A stretch of DNA of 64,000 bases from Trichosphaerium sp. ATCC 40318 (Eukaryota; Protista; Tubulinea): NCBI GenBank assembly GCA_038496445.1, contig JALMLS010000228.1, forward strand, positions 186,001 through 250,000, read 5' to 3'. The notes beneath the pieces are model-generated. The model was not told where the DNA came from. It was given only the letters and a program-made list of their open reading frames with translations, and did no database searches. Positions 36,407-49,567 of this stretch are shown here, one piece after another (the first letter of the stretch is position 1; the number at the start of each line of letters is the position of its first letter). The translations under genes were made by a program, and so were the position numbers.

Positions 36407-37779
36407 TAGTTCATCAAGGACTCTATATCTTCTTCAAACGTACTATAATCAGGTCGCCGTGTGTCAGTTGTCCTGAAAGCAACACCTGTATTTCTTTTAG
36501 AAACGTGCTCTTGTAAAAGGAACCGAAATACTTTTTAATGACTTATGAGTAGTTACTTACTATTATGTGTGCTTCCTGTAGGATAAGACCAAGATAATAA
36601 TCGGTTATGCATGTTCAATGTGCATGCACATTTACCATGGCTATAAGCAAACACGAATGCGTTCACAACACCAAACAAGGTATGAGGAGCAGACTCAAGA
36701 AGTAACACAGCAAATGGCTAACACAATTCTTAGTAATCCAAGTACTACCTTTCTGTATACGTACCACATTCCTTGGAGTCAGTAAGAACGCATAATATAC
36801 AAGAACTGGACACCATAGAATCAGAAAAGCGATTGGATACCAAACAAGTTTACAAACAAGCGGTTTTAGAGTTGTTCTTGATCCCATTGCATCCCTCGCT
36901 TTTGATATGAATCTTACCTTTATAATAGAAGCTATGTTAAGTATTATAACTACTACAAAGCTTAAAATGAAAGGAGCCAATAGAGCAATGAAATAAAACC
37001 TGAAAGAAGAAGGATGTCAGTACTTAAAAACGGTTAAAATGTCTACCATTTATCCGTTGTTTCAACGTCCTTCATGAAGCACCTAGGCCGTAACATTCGC
37101 TATTATTCTTATGGTGTATAGCATGGAGTACCTTCCATCTTGTTGTCTACCGTAGGACTTTGTAATAAGCGGAAGAGCAGCAGTACAAATAGGAAGAAGG
37201 ATGAGGAAATATGTCAAATATCTTTCGGCAAAACTAGCATCTGTACTATTCGTTTTGGTTAGTTAGAGTACTACGGTTATATGTACAAACGCACCCGTTC
37301 TTTACAAGCCAATATAAATTGAATGAAATAATGAAAACTACACAGAAAACTGACACGTGCGAGAATGAAGCAAAGAATGCAGAAAACACGCACAAAACCT
37401 CTATGAAAAAACGATTATCCAAACAGAAATAACAAAACCAAAAAAACGATTTTTTATATAGCTCGTTACTACCACGTGGTCCAAACCACGTGATTTGATC
37501 TTTTCCCTACGCACCATTATCCTTAAAGGTAGCAATACTAACGAGAATCTCGCTAATAGCAGCCAATAGGTCATACACGCCCAAATATATCAATATACGC
37601 ATAGAAAATACACGGTAGCCTTTCTTTAATAAAAGAACAATTATCATCCATACTGATGCCACTAGAGATAATAGACCGCCTGTAGAGACCAAAATAGAAA
37701 GCGTACGCTCTTGTTCATAGTTGGTCACATGCATTTGAGCGTTCAGTATAACACCTTTGTTTAAGGGCGGTTTTATCAT
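36407..37779 (-). CDS. Seven-TM GPCR-like protein (cAMP receptor / GCR1-like), multi-exon; 3' boundary approximate
   Basis: TM1-2 GGLLSLVASVWMII...FSMRILIYLGVYDLLAA; TM6 KLVWYPIAFLILWCP. Confidence 0.7.
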
Positions 37780-38149
37780 TAAGGTATAGTATCCGGAAGT
37801 GTTTCAGGTGTCTCGCTAGAGAGCCTCAAGTGCTCAACAAAATTCATGGGAGCTGCAAGAAAGTAGGTTGGTCTTATCGAATTTCCTAAGTCGTATCAGT
37901 TAAGCAGGTGGATAAAAACTGTTATGCAGTTACGCCAGAGCACTATTGCAGCAACGAAGAACAATTTAAAAAAATGCAGCACAGGCAAAAATTTAGTGCA
38001 ATGTGAAGTAGAGTATGGAATGCTTTCACGCTAAGACAAGGTGTAATTATTAGTATTTCCACCGGAACCTTAAGCTTATAGCAACGTAATTTCTTATCGC
38101 AAGACAAACAGACTTCCCTCTAGTACAGATAAATCAATTGTAAGTTACT

Positions 38150-38725
38150 ATCTTAATAAACTAAACGTGGCGTTCACTACTGCTACTCCACAAGACCGAA
38201 GGAAGAAATCTACCATTCCAGAGGTCATGGAATCGCAGACACAATTGTTAAGAGGACCGAGAAGATATAGACGATCAGTAACTAATGAACAATCATTTGA
38301 TCTCAAATCTCTTGCACCGTTTCCACATCCTACCAACATCTGTAATATAACATAGTCCAGTAATATCAATCTTCTCAACTCCTGCGAGACACTTCAATCC
38401 CTTGTCTGTAATTTTTTCGCAATCCTTCAAGTTAACAACACGTGCTCCTGCACACCTTCATCGGTTATTTTATAACACTTTCTGAGGTAATTTCTTGCAC
38501 CTTCAAGCGCTTGGACAGACTGGTCAGTAATCTTCTAACAATCATTGAGATTGACTCTGTACGCTCCACTCAAAGCTACAACGCCTTCATCAGTGACTGA
38601 GTTGCATCCACTTAATTCTATATTATGAACACGCTAGGTGTTTAATACCTTCGCCAGTGACGCCCAGACAATAGTTCAATATTATTTCTTTTACACCTTT
38701 GAGGAACTTAATTCCTTTAGATGTC
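38150..38725 (-). pseudogene. LRR pseudogene of the same repeat family
   Basis: IELSGCNSVTDEGVVALSGA, VNLKDCEKITDKGLKCLAGV, with frameshifts and an in-frame TAG. Confidence 0.8.
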
Positions 38726-40203
38726 ATGAATTCAAAAAAACCGCAAAGCCCTTTTTTGGCAAACACTATTTAAGCTGAGAGGAAAACCTATGTTATCGCT
38801 ATCGACGAAAGGTAAAAATCAAGATATCTGTAACGCTTGGTACTTAACATGTTCTTTAATAAATAGTTTAGTATCGTTACATCCAACCTTCGTACCCTTA
38901 CAAGAGTTTTGTGTTTATCAAACGCTAAGTCAGGCAAGCGAGGTTTTAAGTAACTGAAAATTCCAATTGCCACCCTTTTCTTAGTGTATGATACGTTATC
39001 TAAGTCTCATTGTTTTTACGATTGTAAGCGCAACACTCGCAAATCAATTCTACATTGATTGCTCAAATATTCATTGTACTATCCCTAATAACCTATAGCC
39101 GTTACTGACTATGTTATTTAGTTAAGGACAGCAACCATACATACAATATATCAAAACTATGCGTAAGTTTTTACTCTTTGATCGAACTACGATGCTAATA
39201 TCTATGGTAGAAGTATAATATCGAACAAGGTGCTGTAAATACGAGTATTTACTATCAGTTCTTTATTGGTGGAGTGAATGGGATTGGTTGTGACCAAGGA
39301 GACCAACAAAACAGTAAGTTTCGCCTATTTTTATCAAAATCACGTGTTTTTTTGTTTGTTTCTGGAACTAAACGTTTTTTCTCAGTTTGTGCTGTTTGTG
39401 CATCACCCGATAGTAAGTTTCAGAATAGAACCCTTAATCATTGTCGAGGAAAATATTCCGGCGCTACTTCTCAGGTTTCAGAAATGAAGAATAAAAATGG
39501 AGTTTCCTTTCAATTTGATGGTACGCTCCAAAAAAGTCTGCGTTCCAGTCATGTTAATTTTACATAGCTGGCTACAATCAAAGTTACACAACTATATATG
39601 CTATATGTGATGAAGACTACAAAGGTAACAATTAGATGCTAAACTAGTCAAATCGTTCAAATTCTTCTATTTTTTTTTTCCCACCACAGAACTCTTTGCG
39701 TTTTATTTCGCTTATAAAAACAGTATTTTCAAGGGAAAAAGTAATACGATTTGAATGCATAGAAGTGTATACTAAATAAGGTTTACCTAGGTTATGAAAA
39801 CACAACTGTTGATAATACTCATCTAAATAGTCCAACGGTAAAGTATTTTTTCTTACATTTTTTTTGGGTACTATTGCTAACACTGTTGCAAGATTACAAT
39901 TTACACTGAAGATGCGTGCCGTAAACCGCTAGAACCTATAAATGATGCGTCAGTGTTGAATGGCTGAACACTCTAAAATATCACGTGTACATGCATTGTA
40001 AAAAAAGCAATACGCCGACAAGATTTTAACGTAAAGTTAGTACTATTTATTGTTTCTTATTTATGCCAATGCCCGCAAAACATCAATGTGCAATCAGTAC
40101 TAAATTTCCTTGACTTCTCTAGGTACATTGTACAAAAGTCAGCATGGCGTCGTGAAGACTATACACGACCGTATTGTCACCTTTTTAGAAAGCCCTTCAT
40201 ACC

Positions 40204-41910
40204 ATGAAACAAGCTACAATCATCTTTTTACTCAGCTTATTCGCTACTTTATGTGTTTGTTCTTGGTACATACTATCACGTGACCAATTTAACGCTTACT
40301 TAGGTCAAATAAAACGCTTTTCACCTTTGCGTCTGGTACTTCCTTCTCTGCGTATACAAGCACATCAGAGAGCGTATTTCTTACTTGGGTACGTTAGACA
40401 GCTTTGTTTACAGTATTTCGTTTCGTTCTTGGTTAAACTGTCAATGTTTGTGAACACAGTTCTTCGTTTCGCAACTGTTGTCATTTTCTTATATTTATCG
40501 GAACTTACGGAAACTTCCAAGGTGAATTGGGAAAGACCTGACGGCTTGACTTTTGGTGGTAGGATAAACGCTTTGCAAAGCAGTGATGGCTCTATATTAT
40601 GGACAGGGGAATACATTTATGGCACGTGATATGAGAATTTTCTAAATCAGGAAGGAACGATTGTTTATAAGCTTGTTACTTTAGGTTACATTCGTGATGC
40701 CATTTGGTCTGAACCTCAAGACGTAGTGTACCTTAGCGTCTTTGAAGAGCAGTTATACACTAGTACCTATAAGCCTACTGTATTTGCTATTGATGCGAAG
40801 ACTGGACATCATAAGTGGAACTTTACCGCTTTGAATTTAATTCATGGTCCATCCGTTCCACAACCAACGAATATGCAAGAATCTTTCAATGGACATCTTG
40901 CGTTTTTAGGTGGTTCTGTACTCTTGAGTTTGGACCAATTCACAGGTAAAATCGTGGCTATAGATGTTATGAATACGCCAAACATTCTAGATTTCAGCGT
41001 CGACGATTCACGTGGTACCTCGTTCTCTTTGGATACGTAGAACCTAACTATCTTACTAGATGATTCTTACTTTATATACGCTGGAGAGCAATCATATACT
41101 CTTTCGAACAATCAAGTAAGTGCTATTACTTTCTTTGTGTTCGAGCTTATGTTTTCGCTTAGTTACTGGGTATTGGCTTGGAGAAGAACCTTTCTATTGT
41201 TTTATCTGGGTATAACAACACCTATTATGGGTGTAAATATTCTAAGAAGCTACATGAAGTTGATAGTATTTTCAAGGTGCGAAGAGCTTTCACTTATAAA
41301 CGTTGTGTCTTCCTTACTTACCTCGAGTTTAGTTTAGATTTGGTTACATGAACTCCATAATTAAAGAGTGGTCAATAAACCTCCAGTTTGTTACCACCAC
41401 CAACCCTGAGCTGGGTGCGTTACAACGTCAAACAAACTGATGTTTTGTTCTTCAAAAATTTTTTATTTGCTTAAAAGATGTTTGTTCGTTACACTGATGG
41501 ATGTGTAGTGAGTCACGTGGTAAATAATAAGAACCAAGATATCCTAATTGTTCACGACTTGACTACAACAATGGGTATTGACGAGAATAAGAAACCGATA
41601 TGGACAGTAAAACAAGCAAAAGAACCAAGTATAAATGTTTATGGAAATAGCTTTCTTTTATATGGAATCAACTCTGATACTATATACGTATATGATGCTA
41701 TTACTGGAAAACAAAGAGCAAAGGAGAACCTAATGAACATCACAAACAAGCAATATGCAATGACAATATCGTGTGAAATGAGTACGAAACAGCTTGACTG
41801 TTCAACCAAAAACCGAGATCTTACATATTCTTTTTATAGGTGGAACAAACACAGTTTTCTGTTGTAGAGGCTATGCTGACGAAGTTAACTTTCCTCACTA
41901 CTTATGTGAG
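40204..41910 (+). CDS. Secreted PQQ-like beta-propeller protein, possibly pseudogenised
   Basis: Signal peptide; INALQSSDGSILW, VFAIDAKTGHHKWNF, IYVYDAITGKQ; an in-frame TGA at 40627-40629 and unresolved exon phases. Confidence 0.6.
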
Positions 41911-42602
41911 TCCATAGATTTTGTTGGTTGATTAAAACATATTCTGAACCCAAAGAGTTGTAAATTTCTTAGCAAACGCACGTGTACTTCAACACTTTTC
42001 CCTAAAAATGGACGTAAACCTCTGTCTACTAAAGTGCTCTTATACTCGTGCTTCTAAAAGTTTCCCGTACATAAACAACAACATTCGCTAACTTGATTGA
42101 TACGTGTACGGAAAGTTCCTCCGTCAAGAAATTCACTATGGTTGTACATTAGGTTACACGATAAACTAAAGGTATAATAATAGACGTTTATACACGTCAT
42201 TCCAAAAAAAGCTTTCCTTCTAACACGTGCTATACTCGTTTCTTGCCCTTACCAATGTGAAAAGCTGTTGTTCAATGTAAAAGACATACTTAGTGTGAAA
42301 TTTTAATTCTCTTAATCAAACTCCAATTGAACTTGCATAAAAGACTTTGACTTTATCCAAGCTAAGAAGCTACATTTGGTGTTAACCAGTAGGTAACAAA
42401 AAACGCTACTACCGAAACAAATGTTTTTTTATGGTTGACAGATTCTTCACCGAACAGAATGTCAACTTGACCGGTTGACCTGGGATTACTGGTTAGTTCT
42501 AGATGACAAGAAACGTAAAGGTACAATCTAAAAATATAATAAGCCACGTGGCTAACCAAATAATAGCAGATAAATGCCCATAACTCAGAATGTCACCATC
42601 TG

Positions 42603-43090
42603 TTGTCCCTTCCTTTGGAGATACAGCTTGATATCATGGACATGGAAGCTGACAACTTTTTTAGCCGTACAAACTGGCCACTGCTCTGTAAACATACAGC
42701 AACTACAACAAAGTTTGATTTTGACTTTAACACATGGAAAGTGGGTCAAGGAGAGCTTAGCCTTACATATGAGCTCCTTTATTAGAATAAAGACTCTATG
42801 CTGTTATGTACACGGTAGAAAGGAAGGGGTGCACAAGATATGGCATGACAATCGTCTGATTTTCCATTGTGATTATGCTAAAAAACATGGAGATTTTAGT
42901 AGATGGCACGAGAATGGTCAAATGTCTGAGCACACGAATTGTCAATGATAAAAAGGAAGGATTATTTACAAGCTGGTACAGGAATGGTCAAATGATTGAA
43001 CAGTGCTATTACATTGCTGACAATAAGGTTGGAGAGTACAAAAAATGGAGTGAAACTGGTGAATTAGTGGAAAGCACGACTTTGGTTTAA
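42603..43090 (+). pseudogene. F-box-like + MORN-variant repeat pseudogene
   Basis: SLPLEIQLDIM; KHGDFSRWHENGQ and KKEGLFTSWYRNGQ spread over three frames. Confidence 0.75.
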
Positions 43091-43307
43091 GGAAGAGTTT
43101 GAAACCCAAAAAAAAACTTGCCGAAAAAGTTTCCATGAATGCCATGAGTATAGTTAACAATGCTTGATTATTTCGTTGGAAACACGGGCACAAATACCAA
43201 GATAATTATGTGCTTTTAATTATACCACGGTATGTAAATTAATAGCTTTATTGTACAGTGGGTGTTTGGGGTTTTCAAAAATTTTTTGTGATGAATACAA
43301 AGTTTTT

Positions 43308-46300
43308 TTATGAAGGTATTGAGTCTAACCGTGCAATGATTGTTTCAAAATTAGGTCGTTTTTCAGGATCAATAGTGGTACAATGCTTCATTAATTCTAT
43401 TACCTCGTGAATACCTTTATTCTAAAAGAAAAAAAACGTTAGCTAAAGAAGCTGACTTAGCTCTTTTGTTTACCAGAGGATAAAACTTAAGTATGTCCTT
43501 TGTTTTCGCTTCAAGGTCCCATATTTTAGGTAAAGCTTTTTGCTTCGTTAAGACTTCATAAATAACAAGCCCTTGAAATAATTAATTTAGCTTAAAACAA
43601 TATCAAGAAGATAGAAAAGTGAAGTCAATATTCTTATTGTTCGTACCATACATATACACATCTGACTTTTTAGTGAAATTGCTACGGTCTTCCTGTACCT
43701 CTGTGGGAGTTTGAGTGGATTTAATAATAAATATAAGTATGCCAATTACCTGGAGGCATTACACGCTGGTAAAGCTTTTTACTGTGACTTTGATAGCCTC
43801 CAACAATATCGCTTACACCAAAATCTAATAACAAAAATTATCAGTAACAATTGCGTTTGAGGGACAGCTGTACCTGCAACACAGCATTCTCCGGCTCCTT
43901 TTACTAGTATATTATTGGAATGAAGATCACGATGTAAAATTGGTGGTTTTCGTGAATGAAGCCATGCCTAAAAAACAAGAAGATTAAAATACAACTTTTA
44001 AAAAAAAAAACCTGATAACAACTTCTTTGCTGAACAAAAAATGACTTACCATGCCTCTGGCTGTTGTTTTCAGACATTTAATAAGTATATGATAAGCAAG
44101 TGGGCCATCGTTACTTCTACAGAATTTCCACAAGGACCCTACAATAACGGTTTAGGCCAAAGAGTTAAAGGGAAGTCTAACCTCCAGGCATAAACTCTGT
44201 TACTACAAGAAAAGATGGAGGTTTCGTTACAGCACCCAAGAATCGTAAGACATTAGGGTGACTAATATCACTGGTAAAATATGAGTTATATGAATCGATT
44301 CATACGTAAATAAAGACGAGCAGTACCTCATAACTCCAATTTCAAATCGGAGATTTTCAACAGCTCGGCTGGTTTGAAGAGGACTTGACTCAGCTGCAAG
44401 TTCAGCACCCATGTTCAACTCCTTTACAGCAACAGGTGTACAATGTAAACTACCCTATACGTTATGCATTAATAAAAGTGAACCAATTTAAGTAATAAAC
44501 GCACAAGGTAAACAATGCTGAAACTTCCTTTTCCTAATTTTTTATCTGGAAATAAAAGTTTAAGTAAGGCGGTTTCCATGTTGCTTGTATCTATTCTTAC
44601 CTCTATAGATATCGATATCCTGTTCATCTATTTCCCATTTCCAATATTTGGAACTTGGTGCAAAATCCTACAGGCAAAGTAAGAAGAAAATGGATTAAGT
44701 AAAAACATCGTTTTTAAAACAATGACAAACACAAGTGCACTCACCTCAAGTAGTTTCCTTATTCTTGGATTCTCACACATATCATGTGCTGTTTTACCAT
44801 TCATATTAGTTATCCTATTGCAGTGCATTAATAAAACAACAACACGTGCTTTTTTCAACACACCTGTGATCAATATTTGCTTTTGTTAGCAGAAACTCAA
44901 CAGCGGCCTCAGAGTTAGAGCGAACACTCTTGTGTAAATAAATTAGATGTGGAAGGATAAAGGATGTTGGGAAAGACTTGAGTAAATGTTTGTGCTTTGT
45001 ACCATATGAAGAGCAGTCTCTCCGCGGTTATCTCTCTTCCTGACATCAGCCATATGATCTATGAAAAGTTTCATCATCTTTAAGTTACCCTGAGAACACA
45101 CAAGCAAGAAAGGACTGATTCCTTCTATAGTTGATATATTTACATCAGCTCCACGTTGAAGAAGAGCTAGAATTCTCCTGGGACGAATATTGTGTTGATG
45201 AACAACAGCTACAAAAAAACCATCAGTATTCTACTAAAGAGAATATATTATTGGCATTCAAGCGCATACCAAGATACAACGCTGTAGCTCCTTGTCTGTC
45301 TCTAGCATTCACAGCAATATCTCGATGTTTGATAACTAAATCAAACAAATGACCAAAGATTTTTCTTCTAAACAAAGCATTTAGCTCAGTTAAAAAAGAA
45401 GCTTGTGCTTTCAAAAAAAATTTAGCGCAAACTTTGCTGTTGCTGGTACGTACTGTAAAATACAATAGTGTAAAATTGTTCGCTCATGAGAGTCTAATAA
45501 CGTAAGTATGTACATAACACATAATACTGACTGACCTTTTATATTTATGTCAGCTCCTGCACGTATCAGAATTTCAGCAATGCCCACTTTAGACTAAAGA
45601 AAAAATCATTAACTTCAACTTTGTATACAATTTTCCATACAGATTCCAAAGCAACAGCTAGAGGTTGTAGTCCACTTGATGATCTCAACTGTAATACTGC
45701 AGGTTCTTCTCTTATTTTACCAGCAACAACCTAATATTGTAAATATAAGTAACTTATCTTCGACTTACACATAATTTTCCTTCTTTAACATCATGATGAA
45801 TTGATCCTTCTTCGAAATCAGGACGCTTTTGCTCTCTTGTAACTAATGTTAGATCTTAATATACTATTGAATTAACCTACTCTGGTGTTGCTCTCTTAGA
45901 GCGTCTTCTAGGTGTACCAGAAGATGACCTAACAAGGCGATCCAAGTCCAAACCATAGGAATCCTTTTAAAAAGTCAGAAAAACGGTTAAGCTTGTGCTT
46001 TCTTACCTCTCTTGAGTCTTGATCAGATTGATTGAGTGTATGTGAGAATGGGAAACTATTACTACTATGAAATTCAGACGATCCTGATGTATTAATAGGT
46101 AGCTCAATGCTCTCTCTTGAATATTTCATATCATTTTTTTTTTTCTTTGTTCTTTCCTTCTGCAAGTGCTTTATTTTAGCTGCACTTTCTCTGTGTGATC
46201 CTGATTTCATTTGTCGTATATTATGCTTCAATTTCTTGATCTTTTGTTGATTTCGTCTATATACAGTAAGCATAAAACACAACTGTCTGATAAAATTATA

Positions 46301-47850
46301 ATTTTATATTAAACTCACTCAAGCTGTCTTTTCATCGATGATGTCCGCTTTACATCACATTCAAGCTCATCAGAAAGATCCTCACTATTATCACCATCTT
46401 CGTCTACAACAAAATTTATATAAGCATATTAAATATCTAAACAAAGCACGTGAAGCGAACAGTTACTGTACACATCGATCCAAAAAAAACCTCGGAAAAT
46501 ATTTTCGCATACCTGAGTGTACTTCATGTGCTCGAGCACTCCATACATCATTTACAGTCTTAGCAATAGCATCAGAACTCATTCCAAGCACTGACACCCA
46601 TTTTATATCCAAAACTTCAAAATCAGCAACGGTAAGTTCGTTTAATTGCCATTTATGGTATAACCTCCAAAACCCGCATAGAGTAGTAGATGCCATAATA
46701 CGTCCAGCGTCTTGTCTGTTACTCATTCTTTTTATATGTACATCAGTTGATACTAGTGCTTCAAGACCTTCTTTGAATGCAACATGATTTTTTTTAAACT
46801 CGCTAAACTTGACAATGTTGAAAAGAATGGCGAATGTTACTGTAGGTGATCTTGGCATTATATGATAAAATTCACTGTTGTGTATAGTGTTATATACTAG
46901 CTTAACAGCACAAGTTTGAATACGAAAAAGGTCATCAGCGTCAGTACTTTCACCAGCAATACCTTGACAAAAAGTCAAAAAAAGAAAAAAAAACAACTTC
47001 AACAAAATCATGTTTTTATCAGTTGACGCGATATCATCTGTTCCCAAGTTTCTTGAACAACGTACCTAGTATTGCAAGGGTTACAGGGATATCACTTTTC
47101 ACATCAGCAAGATGAAGAGCCTTGTAACAATGCTTTTCGCGGAGTTTCTTTGTATTTTGTCCACCATCAAAAACTTTGACTCTGTCAAACAAAATGTTGC
47201 ACTAAGAAATCGTTAATTTTTTCTGATTCTGTAATATTCAGATACTCTCATGTGGTTTTTCCAATTTATTTCTGAGAAGAAATGGCGGAAATTTCGTGAA
47301 AATTCGTTGTGAAACAAAAATCATTATTCCTATTTTAAACTTGTTTTTTGGGTATTCGACGCGTCGTTGTGTTTGTTGCGTTGTAATTGGAGTATTTTTA
47401 ATTTTGTTCAGAGGATAAAAGGTGTCAAATTACAGTACCTTCTCCATACCAAGTTTTGCAACGCTAGCAGCCCATTTTTGAGTATTTTCTGTTTTAGAAA
47501 GCACCTTGATGCCTTCTTTCCAAAGGGACAGTTCATCGCCGTCAACCGACGCTGAAACAACGTGTTGAGGCACAACAATATTACCAACATCTTTAGCAGG
47601 TCCCTGACAAACACCCAGGTAAATAACAAGCTCCGGCATCCAGTCCCTGTAGAGATTGAGACCTATTATTATTTAATCAAATGTAATTTCTGTCAATCGT
47701 ACTAGCAGCTGATCTGTTTACTTCGGCCACCAAAATTAGCCATGACGTTCGTAGAGGTTTATTATAAAACGTTAAAACAGAACCGTCGGCAGTCTCCCAC
47801 GTTTTGCCTTTTTTAAACGCTACTAGCTCCCTCGCTAGCAACTAAATGAT
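43308..47850 (-). CDS. Ankyrin-repeat TKL protein kinase with N-terminal nucleoside-phosphorylase (PNP_UDP)-like region; start unresolved
   Basis: Kinase: [39 protein letters not shown]. Ankyrins: [21 protein letters not shown]-terminal [18 protein letters not shown] and [11 protein letters not shown]. Confidence 0.8.
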
Positions 47851-48324
47851 GTTACACAAAGCTAATCGCGTGATGAACAAATATTGAGCGTACAGCTCTG
47901 TAGTTATTATTTACGCCACTTCGCGTTATTATCATGCATAGGCGGGCATTTTGGGAAGGACTCTGCGCAAAATTAGTTTGGCAATCGAATTTTGCCTTTC
48001 TTTAGTACCTGGATATCATATTTAAGGCTCTTTACTTCACTCATCGAATTCCACCATGCTCTATGCACTCCACGTTCAGACAAAAAATATAACAAAATCA
48101 ACGCAATTCAAAAAAACAACATTTTCGGCCATTTTAGGCAATGTACAATACTCCCTTCCAAGTAACAACAACATATATCAATCACACCTTAGTTTTTTAA
48201 AATTTTTTGACACGAGAAGTTTACTACTCGCTGGTTTATTAGTACAATGGTATGCTTACTGGCGCAAGGGATAATCAAGAGAGGGTTTCTATATTTTTTT
48301 TCTTGTTTTTGATCATACGTCATC

Positions 48325-49216
48325 TCAGTAGAAGTAAAACTTTATGAATACTAGTAATAGTACGAAAAAACTACCACCAGCTATTGGTCCATACGTGCGC
48401 CACATGTAAAGCCAATTTAGATTTTTTGATTTTGTTGCGTATTCATTAGAGTAACCATAAAGCTCAGAAGCACGATTGTCGATGTCTTAAATAGAGAATA
48501 AGCGTTTGGCCGGATTTGGTCTACAAAAAAAATAGATGATTATCATTGACGAGTAAGGCGTTTAGCTGCTTTGTCCATCAGTTTTGATGGCGTTTGATTA
48601 ATCAGATTTTCTTTACGCGCACCTTCTAAAACTTCACCTCTTTCTAAAATGTCTCTGACGTTCTTTACCATGATACGATTAACGTTTCGTAGGTCGGATG
48701 ATATCTTGTTTAAGTTTCTCTGGGATTTTGTGTCTTGGTACAATGCTTTAGTGCTTTGTATGAACTTATCTATACATTATTGTTAATATTTGAGCGTTGA
48801 ATAGCGTATAGTCGCTTATAGAGATAGTTTTCAATAACTTTGACTGTATACACTAAATACTGCTTGTACGTACCAAATTTCTGGCAGGCATAAGGCCTAC
48901 GTGCTTGTTGTGCTTCTTGACCGTACTGAATGTCAAATTCTTTTTTTATTTCATCCGTAAAGTTGTAGCAGAACTTCTTTGGATAAGACTTCTCGCATAG
49001 AGTCAAATAGCATATACCGTTATCAATAATGTACAAGAAATAGTGGTCTCCACTCTGAATTATTGAGTCGGGCTCAGAATGCTCATTTATGCACTTGAGT
49101 ATGTCTTTCGCCTGTGTTTTATAAAAATCGTATAGCCTCTTGTCGTCTGTCGTGTCCATAGAGCCACATAGCGCCAAATGATCACGTACTCGCGTAATAA
49201 GAGTAAAAAGTGGCAT
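48325..49216 (-). CDS. SEC22: Longin R-SNARE SEC22
   Basis: ICYLTLCEKSYPKK, ARRPYACQKFD, IMVKNVRDILERGE, C-terminal TM. Confidence 0.95.
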
Positions 49217-49567
49217 TTACAGGTTTTGTTGTTAGCAACGTAGTTGATAATTTCGGAATAAGTATGACGAGGTTAAGTGACCTTGTTCGTTTAAACAATA
49301 ACTCATGTGATTACTGGATGCTATCTGTGAAGGAATACAATTCATAGAAGCCAAAGAGTAGCTGTATCAGTCTTTCTAGCTCAAACGAAAATATGAGACG
49401 AGTCATTGATGACTGGTTGTAATCTCGTATCCAAAAACCCCTGAAGCACTCTATTGGTCTTTGGACAGATCACACTCTCTTGTCTCATTATTCTTGGACA
49501 GTGGATACCAAGATCTTCCTCAATGAGTTTTCAACAAAAAAACCGAAATGAACAGCACTAGAGTTGT

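Noticed and set aside
33900-43200. Integrated giant-virus or Polinton element
   Set aside because: No capsid, polB, packaging ATPase, integrase or terminal repeats; intron-containing host-type genes are interspersed.
49300-49560. SECIS element or C/D snoRNA
   Set aside because: No in-frame UGA seen in the arylsulfatase and SECIS core geometry is absent; the TGATGA lies within a hairpin rather than at a terminal C box.
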